The notes below the pieces were generated by a model. That model made no database searches. It saw only the letters and a program-made list of their open reading frames with translations, and was not told the origin of the DNA. DNA of 64,000 nucleotides from Paragordius varius (Eukaryota; Animalia; Nematomorpha). Below, piece by piece: positions 24,801 through 39,000 of this stretch. The DNA is taken from assembly GCA_964247055.1 (NCBI GenBank), contig OZ176055.1, positions 248,001 to 312,000 of the forward strand. Reading direction: 5' to 3'. Both the position numbers and the translations under genes were made by a program. Each line of letters begins with the position of its first letter. Positions within the stretch are counted from its first letter, which is position 1.

Positions 24801-27800
24801 TATATAATTAATGAATTATCAAAACATATGGCCTACATTTAATCTAATCATATACGATTAATTAGTTACTGACCATGGGTGTCCAACATATATATCTTAG
24901 CGAGCGGTTTATTTATTCCATGCATAATTTTCAATGATAAAACTTCTAAATCAGTAAAAAATATTCTTGCCCCCCCTTTAACCACTGTTCTAACTAATCT
25001 TAAATTTTTGATTACAATCCAATTTTTTATTTTTTTATATTCTTTAGAGCACCTTTGAGTAGCAAACAAAACGTGTTGGACACCCCTGTATATGACAAAT
25101 ACATGTGTAAGTAATCAAAAAATCAACCAATAATTTATATAAAAAATACTATACTAATATCTAACTGAATAATTGCCAAATATCTCTTCGCTGTAAAATT
25201 TCAAACTTCACAATTTTATAAGACAAAAATCATCTCAAAAAAGTTAGAGTGATGTAGATAATCATGAATCTTACGTTTATCCGTAGGTATATCCATTGTT
25301 GATGATGGTAACTTTGAGTTTGGTACAGCATGAATGAGGTATGATTTAAATTTCGTGTATTCCCTTTGAATACGAGCTAAGGCAAATAGCTTTCCAGGAA
25401 ACTCTAGGAGAATGTCATAAGTTTCCTCATCTAAATGCGTTGGGGGCGCTTGATTGGTATAATCCGATTGAAATGTGGATGTTGTTGAATAAAGTTCATA
25501 CAGACGCATAGCTTCGTTAAAATCAATCACAGCACCCTCATAATCTCCAATCAGCAGTTTCAACTAATTTTATGTGAACAGAAAAAAAAGAGGAATAAAT
25601 TTTTTACAATAAAGTGATAGTGAGCAACATTAATTTTATCAAAGGTATATATTGAAATCAAATAAGTAAAATACTATAAACATCGGCTTGTTTTAGTGAA
25701 AAACAATGCTTTTATCGGTATTTGTAAAACTAAATAATTTTTGTAAAAAAGTATTAAAATATTTTCCAATATATAAATTAAATATAAATTCTACAGGTTC
25801 AAAAAAATAAAAATGGATACTATGTCTCATTATAAACTAAGGCCTAATTTATATCGATCAAAAAAAATGCTTTGATAAATATAAGCAACTAAATTCGTTA
25901 TTAATTTGAAAATGCTTTAGGTATGCAATGTAGGAAGAAATTATATATTTGTACAGTAATACAGGATAAAATTACTTGTCCGCGATGGTAATATATATCG
26001 CAATTTTCGGTATCCTTTGCAAGAGCCATTTCAAAATATTTCAAACCGTTTTGCATATTCATCTCCTGAGAATCCACGCTAGCCAATTTTATCATGAGAT
26101 TAGATTGAAACTAAACAAAAACATCAATGAAAATTAAATCAATATACTAAAGTAAAAATTTAGATTATAAAAATCAATCATAAAAAAGTAAAATTGTTTA
26201 TGCTAAAATTTAAGGATTCCATACGTGAATGACAATACAAGAATTAATTTGGCAAACGTATGAATATATTATTAACAAATAAAAATTTTTTCAATAAAAC
26301 TTATATTTCGATCATGTTAATAAATTTTTTATCTGTTAATAATATATTCATACGTTTGCCAATTAATTCTTGTATTGTTTATGGTAGTTTAAATTTTTTT
26401 CAAAGGTAAATAATTAAATTACATCCAAAATTCTTAATTTACTGCCCAAAACACAAGGTATAAAATATGGCATATATAAAAAAATAATTTGTGACTTTTT
26501 AACGGCACCTCAATGATACTGGATTAATGAAAAAAAACAGTTATACTTTTTTATCGCTTAACAATTTTTTGGAGATTTCGGAAAATTTGTGTGCAGATAT
26601 AAAGTTAGTATCTGTATCTCCAGAGGCATTAGAATCTTTAACCGTTTCAATAGTTTGGACCCATTTTTCCAATGTATCAAAACCGGTTTTAGCCGTACTT
26701 AAGTCACCCATAATCAAACAAAATGTGGAATAAACCAGAATATTTAGGATATCATGTGATGTAATAGTTTTATCTGTAATTTAAAACCATTTAGCATATA
26801 TATATATATTTAGTATCTAAAATCGCCCAAAAACATTTAAACATTACCCGAACATATAATCATAACTTTTATATGTTTGGGGAAAGTTTGAAATATACGT
26901 TATTGGGTTCATTTAGGATACCTTTAAAATATATATATGTGATGACACAGTCAAACTATAAGCCAAACCTTTATCACCATTAGTTGTAATCGGATGTTTA
27001 GAAAAATAATCTTTAAGCAAATTAAATGCATCCTCATATTTATCATTGCTAACGTGGGTGACTAGGTTATCAAATAAGGTATTGGATTCTTTGTTAAGTA
27101 ATTCATGTTCATTGGATGTAAATCTATTTATATAATAAAATGGCACAATTTATTATATCATAAGTATAATACACTAATGTGGATAAAATGTTAAATAAGG
27201 AATTAGAATAACACAATTAAAATGAGCTTTTGTTATAAAAATTATATACTATTTACAGTCATATTCACTCTTTAACAATTTAACTTCAAATTACCTATAT
27301 TTTTTATGTTTTTAAAAAATAAATTTTCGTATAAAATTAATATAATATTGAAAAAATGATAAACTCATAGGAATTTATTTACAGTCATGTAGACTTTATA
27401 TTGTTAAAGATTTACTTTTTTTCGTTAATTGGGTATTAATATTTGGTAAAGAATATAAAAACAAGAGCAATATGGTATTATCATATCATATTCTTTAAAA
27501 AAGTAAAATATGAAGGGGAAGGGCGTCGGAAATCTTTGGTAAAAACTGAAAATACACTAACTACTAACCCTTCACTTAAATTTGATGGATATTTTGTAAT
27601 GTTAAATTTTGAGAATATTATAGCAATTTATGTTAACATTTGAAATATTGTTGTTACGTATTTAGATGCGGAATTTTGTGGGTTTTTATCTTTAATAATT
27701 TAATAAATAGTAAAATGGGTATTTTATTATTTATGATTCATAATTAAATTCAATAATTACTATTTTTCAACATGATAAATACCTGTACTAATCGATATTG

Positions 27801-29053
27801 GTATTATTTTATATAGTTGTTATTAGTAATTAAAATACAGGTTATATATTTGTTAAAATTTAAGTAGATTTTGGATTGTTTTTGTTTTTATGTTATTCAT
27901 TGTCAATTTTTATGTATTGACATTTTAATCAGGTAAAAATTGCGGTTTTTAAATTTAGTCAAATTTAATTTTTTTTGTTTTTTATTTAACATCATTAATT
28001 GTAATTAATTACATATTGTGATTTTAATAATTACAGGTGAAAATTGCGGTTTTTAATAAATTAGTAAAATTTTTAATGTTTTGTTCAACATCGCTAATTT
28101 ATTATGTACTATATATTTTTGATACATTGAGGTAAAAATTACTATCATTTGAATAACTTGGCAAGGTTGAACAAAACATTAAAAATTTATTAATTTTATT
28201 AAAAACCGCAATTTTCACATGTTTTTTAAATGTCGAAAATATTTGATAATTAATAACAAATAACAATGATACAAAAAAAATTAAATTTGAAATTTGTTAA
28301 AAACCGCCATTTTTACCTGTATTTTTTAAAATTTACAATTATGTAGTAATTAATTACAATTAACAATGTTAAATAAAAAACAAAAAAAATTAAATTTGAC
28401 TAAATTTAAAAACCGCAATCCTGATTAAAATGTCAATACATAAAAATTGACAATGAATAACATAAAAACAAAAACAATCCAAAATCTACTTAAATTTTAA
28501 CAAATATATAACCTGTATTTTAATTACTAATAACAACTATATAAAATAATACCAATATCGATTAGTACAGGTATTTATCATGTTGAAAAATAGTAATTAT
28601 TGAATTTAATTATGAATCATAAATAATAAAATACCCATTTTACTATTTATTAAATTATTAAAGATAAAAACCCATAAAATTCCGCATCTAAATACGTAAC
28701 AACAATATTTCAAATGTTAACATAAATTGCTATAATATTCTCAAAATTTAACATTACAAAATATCCATCAAATTTAAGTGAAGGGTTAGTAGTTAGTGTA
28801 TTTTCATTTTTTACCAAAGATTTCCGACGCCCTTCCCCTTCATTTTTTACTTTTTTAAAGAATATGATATGATAATACCATATTGCTCTTGTTTTTATAT
28901 TCTTTACCAAATATTAATACCCAATTAACGAAAAAAAGTAAATCTTTAACAATATAAAGTCTACATGACTGTATATTATTAATGAGTTATATTAGCCCCA
29001 GAAACACATATATTTTTAAGGTGAATTTGAATTAAAGGGTGAATTTGAATTGT

Positions 29054-29094
<41 letters not shown>

Positions 29095-30727
29095 TTAATT
29101 TATGTAATATAATTAATAATATTTTCCATATAGAACACGGTTATTACAGATATATATATATATACCTTAACAAATTATTTTTTTTGTTAAAATTCCAGAT
29201 TTATATATTTCAAACCCGGTAATTTGGTTCCAAGTTCCTCAAACGGCATTTCGATTTTTCAGTGTTCAAAAAAAATTTATTTCTTTCAGATTATTTTTTT
29301 ATGGATCTTATTAATTTAAAGAATTATCTGATTTGTATTAACTAAAACTAATTTGACAAAATGACTATAACAAAAATATTTTATATCGATAGTAAATAAT
29401 TTATTAACCCATTAGTGAAAAAAAAAGAAACTTAGCTTACTGCAGTCGAAGATCAGGATTAAAGAAAGGGTCCCATTGATAGGAGCGAAGAAATGATAGG
29501 ACATATTTATTGGCTGGAAACAGAAATTTCTTAGTCTAAATTAATGATTGTTATTATTAAATTGTTATGTTTACAAATATTAAATATTGATTGATATTAA
29601 AACTGATGTGAAACAATTCTTTAGGATTAATAAATATATACTAAGCGGATTAAATACATCTAAAATAATTATCTTTACTATTTTTTGAGTTTTTAGTTAT
29701 CTCGCAATTTTTAAAAAACTTAATCAAGTTGTGTTATAAAGATTAAATTTATAGCTAAAAAGCGTAAAGAAATTTGGAACAAAGTATTTTGGAAAAAATG
29801 ACAGGATTTTAATTTTTATTATAATTTATCCAGTAAATTATTAATTCTGTAAATTTCTTTATGAAAATAATATTTATGGTGGTGTAAAACGTTTTTGCAA
29901 AATTATTAGTATATAATATTGCAAAAACAAAAAAAACTCAAAAATAGCAATATAAAAATACTTTTAAGTGTTCGATGGCTTCCTGTTTAACAAGCTTTTT
30001 AAGGAGGCGATCAGCTGATTCGATAGATTCAATGTTTGAAAATCGTTCCAGAAAGCAAACGCACGTAAAATCTGAACAATAAATGATAAATATGAACTCA
30101 TTTATTTTTTCAAAAATTAAAAAATAGTATAATAAATTATAAATAAAACCAACATATATCTTAAATTTAAAGTGCGCATCTAAAAAACCAAAAAAATATT
30201 TTTTAGGAATAAAACCTTCATAACCAGCCCGAAAATCTCCCATACACTCGTGGGCCAATGCACGTCTGAATATAGGCTTAGTATAGGCCTTTTTCAATTT
30301 GATTGCCGAAGTACAATCATCAATGGTTTCTTTATACTTTTTCTAGATATAAAAGTAATTAAGAAAATTAATTTATTTTTACTTCATGAAAAAAAGCTGC
30401 CGCACGATTATTGTAAAAAGTGGCTATATCATCCTTTTTATCTTCAGAACAGACTTCAATCGCTAATGTATAATACTTTATAGCATTCTCGTAATCTGCA
30501 CTTTTAAAACTCTCATTTCCCTTCTTTTTATATTCTAGGGCTTGTTCAAATTTATTCTTGTAATATGAATTATTTATTGATACTTTATATTTGGTCTCGG
30601 CAGGTTTTTCATCAGAAACTTTTATTGAAGACGAGCTATTTTTATAGCGACGCCAATATAGATAACCAATAATAACTGGCGTGGCGATTGCTAAAGATAT
30701 TGCCAATCTCTGTGCTTCTTTCCGCAT
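18668..30727 (-). CDS. TOMM70: Mitochondrial import receptor TOM70 (TPR protein), 14 exons, about 823 aa
   Basis: Exons 30727-30383, 30342-30216, 30071-29962, 29535-29441, 27123-26969, 26773-26547, 26110-25976, 25563-25275, 24664-24429, 23738-23621, 23086-22968, 21798-21621, 20218-20068, 18854-18668; every junction is in phase. N-terminal signal anchor followed by KKKGNESF..FYNNRAAA TPR clamp, DIYYHRGQ, EGYVYLSQ, KCEFAYETLGTI, AKSEFELAHLFS. The last exon may instead splice at 18707 to an unseen short exon. Confidence 0.93.
18915..19352. repeat. TIR element carrying a 21-bp minisatellite (AAATTCACCCTTGAACAATTY, about 11 units)
   Basis: TATACCATTTACAGTTCAAATTCACCC left end, array 18930-19167, inverted end near 19310-19352. 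Relatives at 20316-20460, 21271-21612, 23985-24085, 29015-29055. Confidence 0.8.
20457..21044. repeat. Tandem duplication, 2 x 294 bp
   Basis: 20457-20750 is repeated at 20751-21044 with no difference seen. Confidence 0.9.
22229..22430. mobile_element. Palindromic MITE family C
   Basis: Arms ATGC..TTTTAATGGTT..ATTTCACACTATAGTAGGG..GTGTATGG and their reverse complement; second copy at 35856-36036. Confidence 0.75.
22689..22940. repeat. About 90-bp tandem repeat, 3 copies
   Basis: Unit anchored on CATGGCGA(G/T)GAGTAAA near 22697, 22785 and 22872. Confidence 0.8.
24874..25088. mobile_element. hAT-like MITE
   Basis: CATGGGTGTCCAAC..GTTGGACACCCCTG termini; related copy at 4824-4976 and a fragment near 54485-54520. 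No clean 8-bp target duplication. Confidence 0.6.
26232..26378. repeat. About 147-bp hairpin (inverted repeat) in a TOM70 intron
   Basis: ACAATACAAGAATTAA(T)TTGGCAAACGTATGAATATATTATTAACA pairs with its reverse complement. Confidence 0.85.
27382..28971. mobile_element. 1.59-kb foldback-like non-autonomous element with about 630-bp terminal inverted repeats, TA-flanked
   Basis: TA|CAGTCATGTAG..CTACATGACTG|TA; near-perfect arms about 27382-28015 and 28340-28971; nested internal inverted repeat about 28035-28088 / 28165-28220; no transposase. Confidence 0.88.
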
Positions 30728-32995
30728 TGTGTTTTTAAGCTACCAAACGACAAAATGCTAGAAACATTTGATAAAATATTTTAAATTTTTCTGGCTTTTT
30801 TAGAAATTATTAATTAAACTGTAAGGATTTGATATATCATAACCAGAAATATATCTAAAATTGGATTTTAAATAAACAATTATGAAACTGACTCTTTATC
30901 ATTTATTTATATAAATCGCAATTGGCATGATTAATATATTCATGGGCATCGGGCAGTTTTTACCACAATTAAACTTTTGAGATTTTTAGAATATATATCA
31001 GTGGTACTTCTAAATTTTTCAGAACCGTCAAGAGCAGTGCACCATTTAATACCTATCAAAAGGCATAGCTGCTTGAAGCATTAGCAGATATTTAAACGCA
31101 AAATAGGTGTACTAAAAAACTTAACAAACAATTTAGGACCATCGCGGTTAATGTATCAGTGATATACTTTCCAACCAAAATCGGTGTTGAGGGGTATAAA
31201 ATAATATCCTGATTAGAATGGTGCTTTTGTTTTTGGTTTTTAAGATTTAAAGCACACACATTATCTTCTCCACATCAGAAAATATTAAAATTTCGCACAT
31301 TTTGTTTTGTTTTTTGGTGAAAACTAAATACTTCACTTTAAAAAATATTAATACATATCATATACATATAAAAATCAGATAGTATTTTTTAAAAATTAAG
31401 TTTTAGTTAAGGGTTCAGAAAAGATTTTTTCGCTCATCTATAATGGGCTACTTGCGCCACAAAATCAAATAAAAATAATTTTTATAAAATACATACTTTT
31501 CAATTTAGCAATATTTTGTTGAAGCGTATATAACACTAGTTAAAGCATAAATGGTATAAAATGCTTTAAGAAAGCAATGATGCTATTTCATATCTTTGAA
31601 TAAAATATTTTTACTTCTTCAAAATTGTGGTAATATATATTTTTTTACAAATATTAAATCATATTAAGCTAATGAACATTTAAAATGAAATGAGGTGATA
31701 TTAATGTTCAGCATCATCGAATATAGAAACAAAATTTTTATAATATCTTAAAGCGTTTTTATACCTTTTCGATCATCCATCGAAATAATATAAATTACGC
31801 TTCAAAATAGTTTGCCACAAAATTAGATATCTGAAAAAACTCCATTTTTAATATTTTTAGTTATTGTTATTAAGCATCTCCGCATTTTCACTATTTTATA
31901 TTTAGTCCATTTTTGAAGAGCAAAATAATGGGGCTTTCAGAGCCCACATGTTGAAAGATTTTATGAAAATATTGTTTTGCTTTTTATATTGGTTTGTTGT
32001 ATAATCTTAGGATTTTTAACGTATAAAACATCAAGTTAAAACCAAAGAACTTTAATTTAGCAAAGTGTGCGAAATTTTGCTATTCTTAAATAATTTTCTC
32101 ACATAACTCGTAAAGGCCAAACCAAAAGCACTATAATTCGGATACATAATACCAGATTTTATATATTTGATAATGATTTTTTCTGTAAGGACTTCTGGGA
32201 CATAAAATGCAATTTTTAAAATATAGCACATTATTTAACGCAAAAATACCCCCAGGAATTGTTTCAAATTAGAATACCATTTACCAACATAATATAAATA
32301 AAAAAATTCACAAAATTTGGTAATAATATTTTGGTGGCATCGAATCTGCGAAAAGTTTTTATTTTTAGAGTTTAATCGATAAATACTCCTCAACAATAGT
32401 TTGTCATGATTTGAAGCGGAGGTTGGTTTTACATTTTAATGTAACAATTAGCTTATTTAAAGATTCAGAAAGCTTATTTGTGCCGATCTCAAAACTGAAA
32501 CTTATTAATCTTTTGATGCTTTTTCTAAAAAGTTTTCCTTTAGGATAATCTACGCTCTATTGGAAAATTGGTAAAAATAAATTCTAATAAGTATGAAGTA
32601 CAATCAAACCTCTTATTCGTTACATGGGACTGCATAAAAGAATTTCATAAAAAAAATCATGTTTTGATGTTCAGATGTTTTGTCAACTGTTATAAGTTAG
32701 CATATTCCTTTCAAAACTTTATGAAAAGCACCCAATAATTTTGACTATAAATCATTAGAGGTTGATGAAACATGGCTGTTTGAGAAAATACTTTTCTGTA
32801 TAAACGATAAATATCCATCATATATTGTTTAATCATAGGACTCTTAGATTTCTATATATTGAACTACGTGTATATGTGTTTTAGGGGATTGGCTTCTAAA
32901 GGGAAATTTAGGTGCATTTTTTGTTCAAAAAAGTATAATCTGGCAATCTTACAAAGCTCTAAAGATTTTTAACTAACTCATAACATTGTGTATTG

Positions 32996-33032
<37 letters not shown>

Positions 33033-35855
33033 AAAATATAAATTTGCGCCAAGGTTTAATATACTGTTTATTAATCCGAAAAAATCATTTTAATAAAATC
33101 TGTTCATATTGGCACAACATGTTGAATAATTGTCATTTTATCTAAAATTTACCCGTTATATTAATTTATTACATTTTTCTGGTTAGATGCTAAATGAGTC
33201 TATAAATGTGAATATCGCGTTTAAAATGTCACTTAGAAAGGTGGCACTTAAGCAAGAGACTATCAGGATTATTAAAATTAAATATTTTAACAAAAACTCA
33301 ATTATAATGAAAGAGAACAATATAATCTTGGTTATAACTGGCGCGTTTCTGTTCAGATCGAAAACTAAAAATATATCCACTTATCGATTATTTTTTATTT
33401 AAAAAGGAACGATGTTACATTTTTGATATAATTAATATGCTTATATTAAAGTCTGAAAAACAGTTTCCGAATTATATCCTGTAATAGCGGATTTAACCAT
33501 ATTAGCATATGCAAAATAATTGAAAAAATTTATCAAGTATGAAAAACTGATTAGACTTTGTTATGTAGTACAAATTGAAATTATACAGGCAAAATGTATA
33601 AATATAAAAAAATTTTTTATTCAATGAGAAAACCATATTTTTTAAATATAACTCATAGTTTTATATTCCAAAGTGTGAAATAGATAGACACAATTAATTA
33701 TACATTTTACAATTGCATTGAAGAAAAGTTTATATAAGTAAAAATATGGTTAAAAAAAGTATGGTTATCCTTTGAAAAAATATCATTTTTTCATTTTTGT
33801 CGATATAATGTTAATGTTACTGTAATACCGATTTTAACCATTTTACAAGATAAATTATTACTTTGAAAAATATTAGGTATAAAACCAGATTAGGCTAATA
33901 TAATATATATATATATATATATATAAATTAAGACATTTCATCTTTTAAAAATAGTTTAGTATATAAAATCTGAATTAATAATTAAATTTTCTAGATCGTT
34001 TTTTGATTTTTTTCGATGCCATTTTAAGGCAGATATAACCTTTTTATAGTAATAATTAGAATTATTTGGAAAATTATGATAAAAAATTATGATAAAAATA
34101 TATAAAATGTAGAATTAAGCTTGCATCATCGGATAATATTTAAATTTTTCTTTTGTTAAAATTTATCATTGTTAAATTTTGATTTCAAATTAATCTTCTT
34201 AGTATGACATTTGAAAGAAAAATAAAATAATTATATATATATATATATATATAGGAATGTGTATTGTGATGCGACCTATATTTTTTTGTAATAATTCAAC
34301 ATTTTAGATTTTCTTTGCTATTTATTCCATTCTTCTCATATATCCTAATTCCTTTTAATTCCGAAAAATAAAATTAAATTTGGCAAAAATACAGGTAAAA
34401 AATATAAATGTATTAGAATTTACAATAATATTAAACCTGGAAAATCATTTGTTTTAGTGTCTTAAAAAAATTTTAAGCATGATTGATAAAAAAAAAAACT
34501 AATTGTTTTTCATTCGTTAAAATAATCTTTGATTGAACCAATTTAGTTAGAATTATATTAGGACAGTAACTTTAATTTACTATCTTATTTTCACAAAAAT
34601 GATGTGAGTAATGTAAAGAAAAAAGTGATAATTTTAATGAAAATTTTATAAAAATTGAAAATTAAAATAATGGAATTTGCTTCTTTGGTATCATGATTTT
34701 ATTTAATAAACAATGCCTATTTTGCTTTGTTTAGTTTTTTTATTACCTTAAATTTTATTAAAAAAATTATTAAAAGAAAACAACACTTTTTATATTCGAA
34801 TTTTCAATTTCTCGTTTTATTAATTTTAATTTTATAGAAAAAATCTATACTTTATTAAATTTGAACAAAAATATATATATCCCGGTTTCATAAGGAAATC
34901 AATCAATATTCAGGTCCATATTACTGGATCATTCTGAATTATACAAGTTAAATATATAATATTTTTCAAAAGTGCTTTTTTAAAGTTTTTTAGAACGGTG
35001 TGAAATCTGTAAAATAATTCAAGATTTTAGGCACTAAACCTGTATTGGAATTTTTTTCGATATCAAGCTAGTAATATATTTCTTTTACATTTACGTTTTG
35101 TAAAGGTGATATAAATTATTGTGATAATTCCATTTTTTGCATTCATTACCGAATATTTAATCACGATATAATTCGAAAAGTAAGGCGAAAAAAAATGTTT
35201 TGGAAAAAAGAAACTGTAAATTTTTAATAAAGTCAACATTATCCTTATATTTTCCCTATATCCCCTAAATCTGTATTTTGGCTAGGATTTTAAACACTAA
35301 AGAAAAATCTAATCATTCAAGTTATATTCAATTATAATTAAATAATAACAGTGGTTTATTGTTAATTAAGTGGCTTTATGATAAAAAATTGGATTTTTAT
35401 GGAAGTAAAATCTTTCGTTTTCTTAAAAAAATAAATTTTTTAGCCTAGAAACAATTTTATATATTAGCTTTCATTATTACAAAATTTTCTTTCAAAACTT
35501 AGGATGGTTAAAAGTTGTATTCGAAACTAGATGTATATGATTAGCTGTTTAACAAGTTTGTTTTGCAGTGGAAATCGGAATTCTACAAAGACAAAACTTA
35601 AAAGGCAAATATTTTTTTGATTAAATCTTGATTTTTTAATGATATTTCATCGTGTAGGTTTGCGGAATCGGATTCAGATATGTAAATTGGTATATTCAAT
35701 TATTTAAATTTGTAATTTTATAGTTTTTGCAGGGAAAATCAAGATTTAAAAGAGTAAATTTGCCTTTTTCAAATATACTTTTAGGTTTTATCTGTATTTC
35801 AATTTTCAATGCCGTTTACTTCTAAGTTTTATTCAGACAACATAATAATGATTTA

Positions 35856-36036
35856 CAGTATGCATTTTAATGGTTGCTCATTTCACACTATAGTAGGGCA
35901 ATTTGCAACACAGGAGTGTATGGAAAAAAGTAAGGATATAATTGTCTATTTAATATTTTGTTGTTTTTTCCATACACTACTGTGTTGCGAATCGGCCTAC
36001 TATATTGTGAAATAGCAACCATTTAAATGCAACCTG
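35856..36036. mobile_element. Palindromic MITE family C, second copy
   Basis: TA|CAG..CTG|TA with the same arms as 22229-22430. Confidence 0.75.
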
Positions 36037-39000
36037 TAATTATCCTTAGAAAGCACTTTTTTGATATATATCATTGTTTCCTATTTTTAAAAAAAATGTA
36101 TTCATTTTTACATTTGTGAGTAGGAATGACAAAAGAACACTTGCAACAAAGCAATCCAATCAAGAACCCCGTAAAGAAGTATCAAATTTGTCTTTAATTT
36201 CATAACAATTTATTAAATATGTTTTAAATTTTAAAAAGCTAATATGTTTAAAGTACCAAAAATTAGTATAACTTTCCCAAATATCAACCAATGCCAATTA
36301 TAATGTATCCTCAAAAAAATACTACCTATCTGTTTGTATTTTACCGTTAACATTTCATTATTATTGGGTTAGTTTAGTATCAAAGACATTAAAAATATAA
36401 ATCCTTGTTTAAAAAAAGCATGAGATTGGGCTAAATTTTAAAAATAAATTTTTAGCCTTTTTCGCGCATAATTTAACATTTTTAAATATGAATATTGTAA
36501 AAAAACAACCTCTCAACCGCTATTTTTTGAGATTTTTTTAATTCACAAACAACTGGCAAATAATATATTAAAAACGTAAAATACTTTAGAAATCCAATTA
36601 CATTTATGCGGTAAGATTCAGATATTCTAATTTTATACAATTCAGTCGGTGTGTATTGGGTCCAACTTCGTCGAGATGTTTTAATATAGGAAAAAAATGT
36701 TTGATATTTAAATTTTAACCAAAAAAACTTTTATGATAATAGTTAATTTACAATTAATCTTTGGTATAAAACCCCAAAATATAATCGCTAAAAAATTGTG
36801 TAAAGTTTTAAAAGGAAGAAATACGCTAAGTTTGGTATCCATTTATATTTATATAAGGTGTTAAAAATATTCGTGGACAATAGCATTTTTGAGGTCTAAA
36901 ATTTTGAAAAACGTTTTAAAAATTAGCAAAATAAAATAGTGTACTGTACTGTATTTGAAAATGAAAAGACACTATAGATGTCATAAATCTGTAATATCCC
37001 CCATAATTGTTTTTTTTGGTGAGTAATATCAATAAATCGGCTCAAAAAAACTTTTTATATACATATTTTTCGCCTACTATGAGGTTCCCGATTGATTTAA
37101 AAATACTAACTTTTGAACCATGAGCATTTGCGGCTTTCTCTGGGAAAGCCTGGAAGGCACAATCACACCAGGACATTCATAAAATCAGAGCTTTGACATA
37201 AAAAATGAAAAGGACCGGTGTCGCCCCTTTGAATAATTATATATTTATCTTCAGCCATCAAAAAGTTTTATTAGATTAAAATAAGTGTTATTTCATTAGA
37301 AAGGGCTATAAAACGCATAATCTTTTTTTGACATTTTGGCACTAACCATAAAATTTTAATATATTTTTTCCATCTCTTACTTTTGGTTATTAAAATTATA
37401 ATCTTTAAGCGCTACGAATTGATTTTCTCTAAAAATAAAACTTATATTTTCCTCTTAACATGTCAGAAAATCCACTTCAAATTTGGCTTCGTATGCTGGC
37501 ACCATATACCGAAAACATCAAAATGTCTTTCAGGAACTCCATTGGAATCAAAAAATGTAATATATTTTAGAATTTTTCAAATTATAAACTATTGACTACT
37601 GATAAATCAAAACTAATGTTAATTTATATTTATATTTGGAAATAAACTTTTACTTTTCAAATTTTTAATTTTTACAAAAAGCATGAATAAACCAATAAGA
37701 AAGATAAACTTAAAACCTTAAATTGTAAATTTAAACCAAGACCTCTTTTAAAAATCGGAAAAAGGGTATGCATAATGATCAGCATTTACTCACTAAAGTT
37801 TAGCGGCTGTTTATTTAATACTTATTATGTTAAGAGGGCGGGCGTAGAGGGGTCCATACTTTATGCTTTTTGAAAATTTTTATATTTATTTGACTTATGC
37901 AGTGGAAAGAATGTTCTAGAAAAACCTGAATTACATAAAGTTTTCATACAACGAAAGATTCATAGTCCCAACACAAATACCAATGAAAACACAGAATTAC
38001 TTACCAAATATTGTGCAATTAAACATGGGAAAGGAACATCAACAAATATCATATATAATGATTTGGCAGGCATCCAAGATGTACAAAATCGAAAAAAACC
38101 AACGTGTCCACACTACATAGAAAAATCTGATACGGCGATGAAAACTCCACAGACCACACCATGTGAATTCCTTAAAATATTTTATAAAATTACATCAGCG
38201 GCCACAAACACAACAAATACGAAATGTTATTAAATGGTGGATGCAGTTTTTTTTATATCATAATTATCATTTTTTACTGTGTTTTATAATGTTCTTTGGG
38301 TATTCAATAAATTTATTTTTTTAATATATATCAATGGACTTAAAAAGGGGATTAAAATTGGTTTTAATTTTAGTAACGGGTCTTTAAAACAAAAACACAT
38401 GTTACAACCTTATTAAGTTGTACCATTTCAAACGTGATTTTTTAATAGAACTAACTCATTATTTCAAACTGCAAAGTATGAAATGGAGATGTATATTGGT
38501 AACACAATCAATTATATATTTTACAAATGTAAACAAATAATTTATATAGGAAAATTACAAGGTTTATTGTGGTGTTTTGAAAAAATATTTGTCTTTATGT
38601 TTTTACATTCAATCTGTATAATTTCAATTTTTAATGTATCTATCACATCGGAAGTATTTGAAACCATTTTTAGCATAACCGCCTGTGGAAATAGATAAAT
38701 ATATAATCAAACTATAAGGAACTCGTGTAAGTTCCATAATCAAAAATAAATTTTTTATGCACTCTTTTTGATTTCTAGAATTTCGTAGACTTTATAAGCT
38801 GTTTATTTTACATTTTAATTAATAGCCATTATATAATAACATTACAATATTTTTTTTTTAAAAACAACCAGCTTAAAATTGGGCATTTGGGTTAAATATC
38901 ATATTTTACCCGATTTTTTCGGATTGCGTTCAATAATATAATTAAATTATTTTAATTTTTAATCCAAATATGTTGTAGTATAATTAATTTATATAAATTG

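Noticed and set aside
27443-28910. Twin 66-aa ORFs on opposite strands
   Set aside because: Chance frames in the two arms of the foldback element; TTG starts and no protein motifs.
37111-37226. Exon-like segment with a single in-frame TGA (selenoprotein idea)
   Set aside because: No selenoprotein motif around the TGA, no SECIS recognised, and the reading frame is not established.
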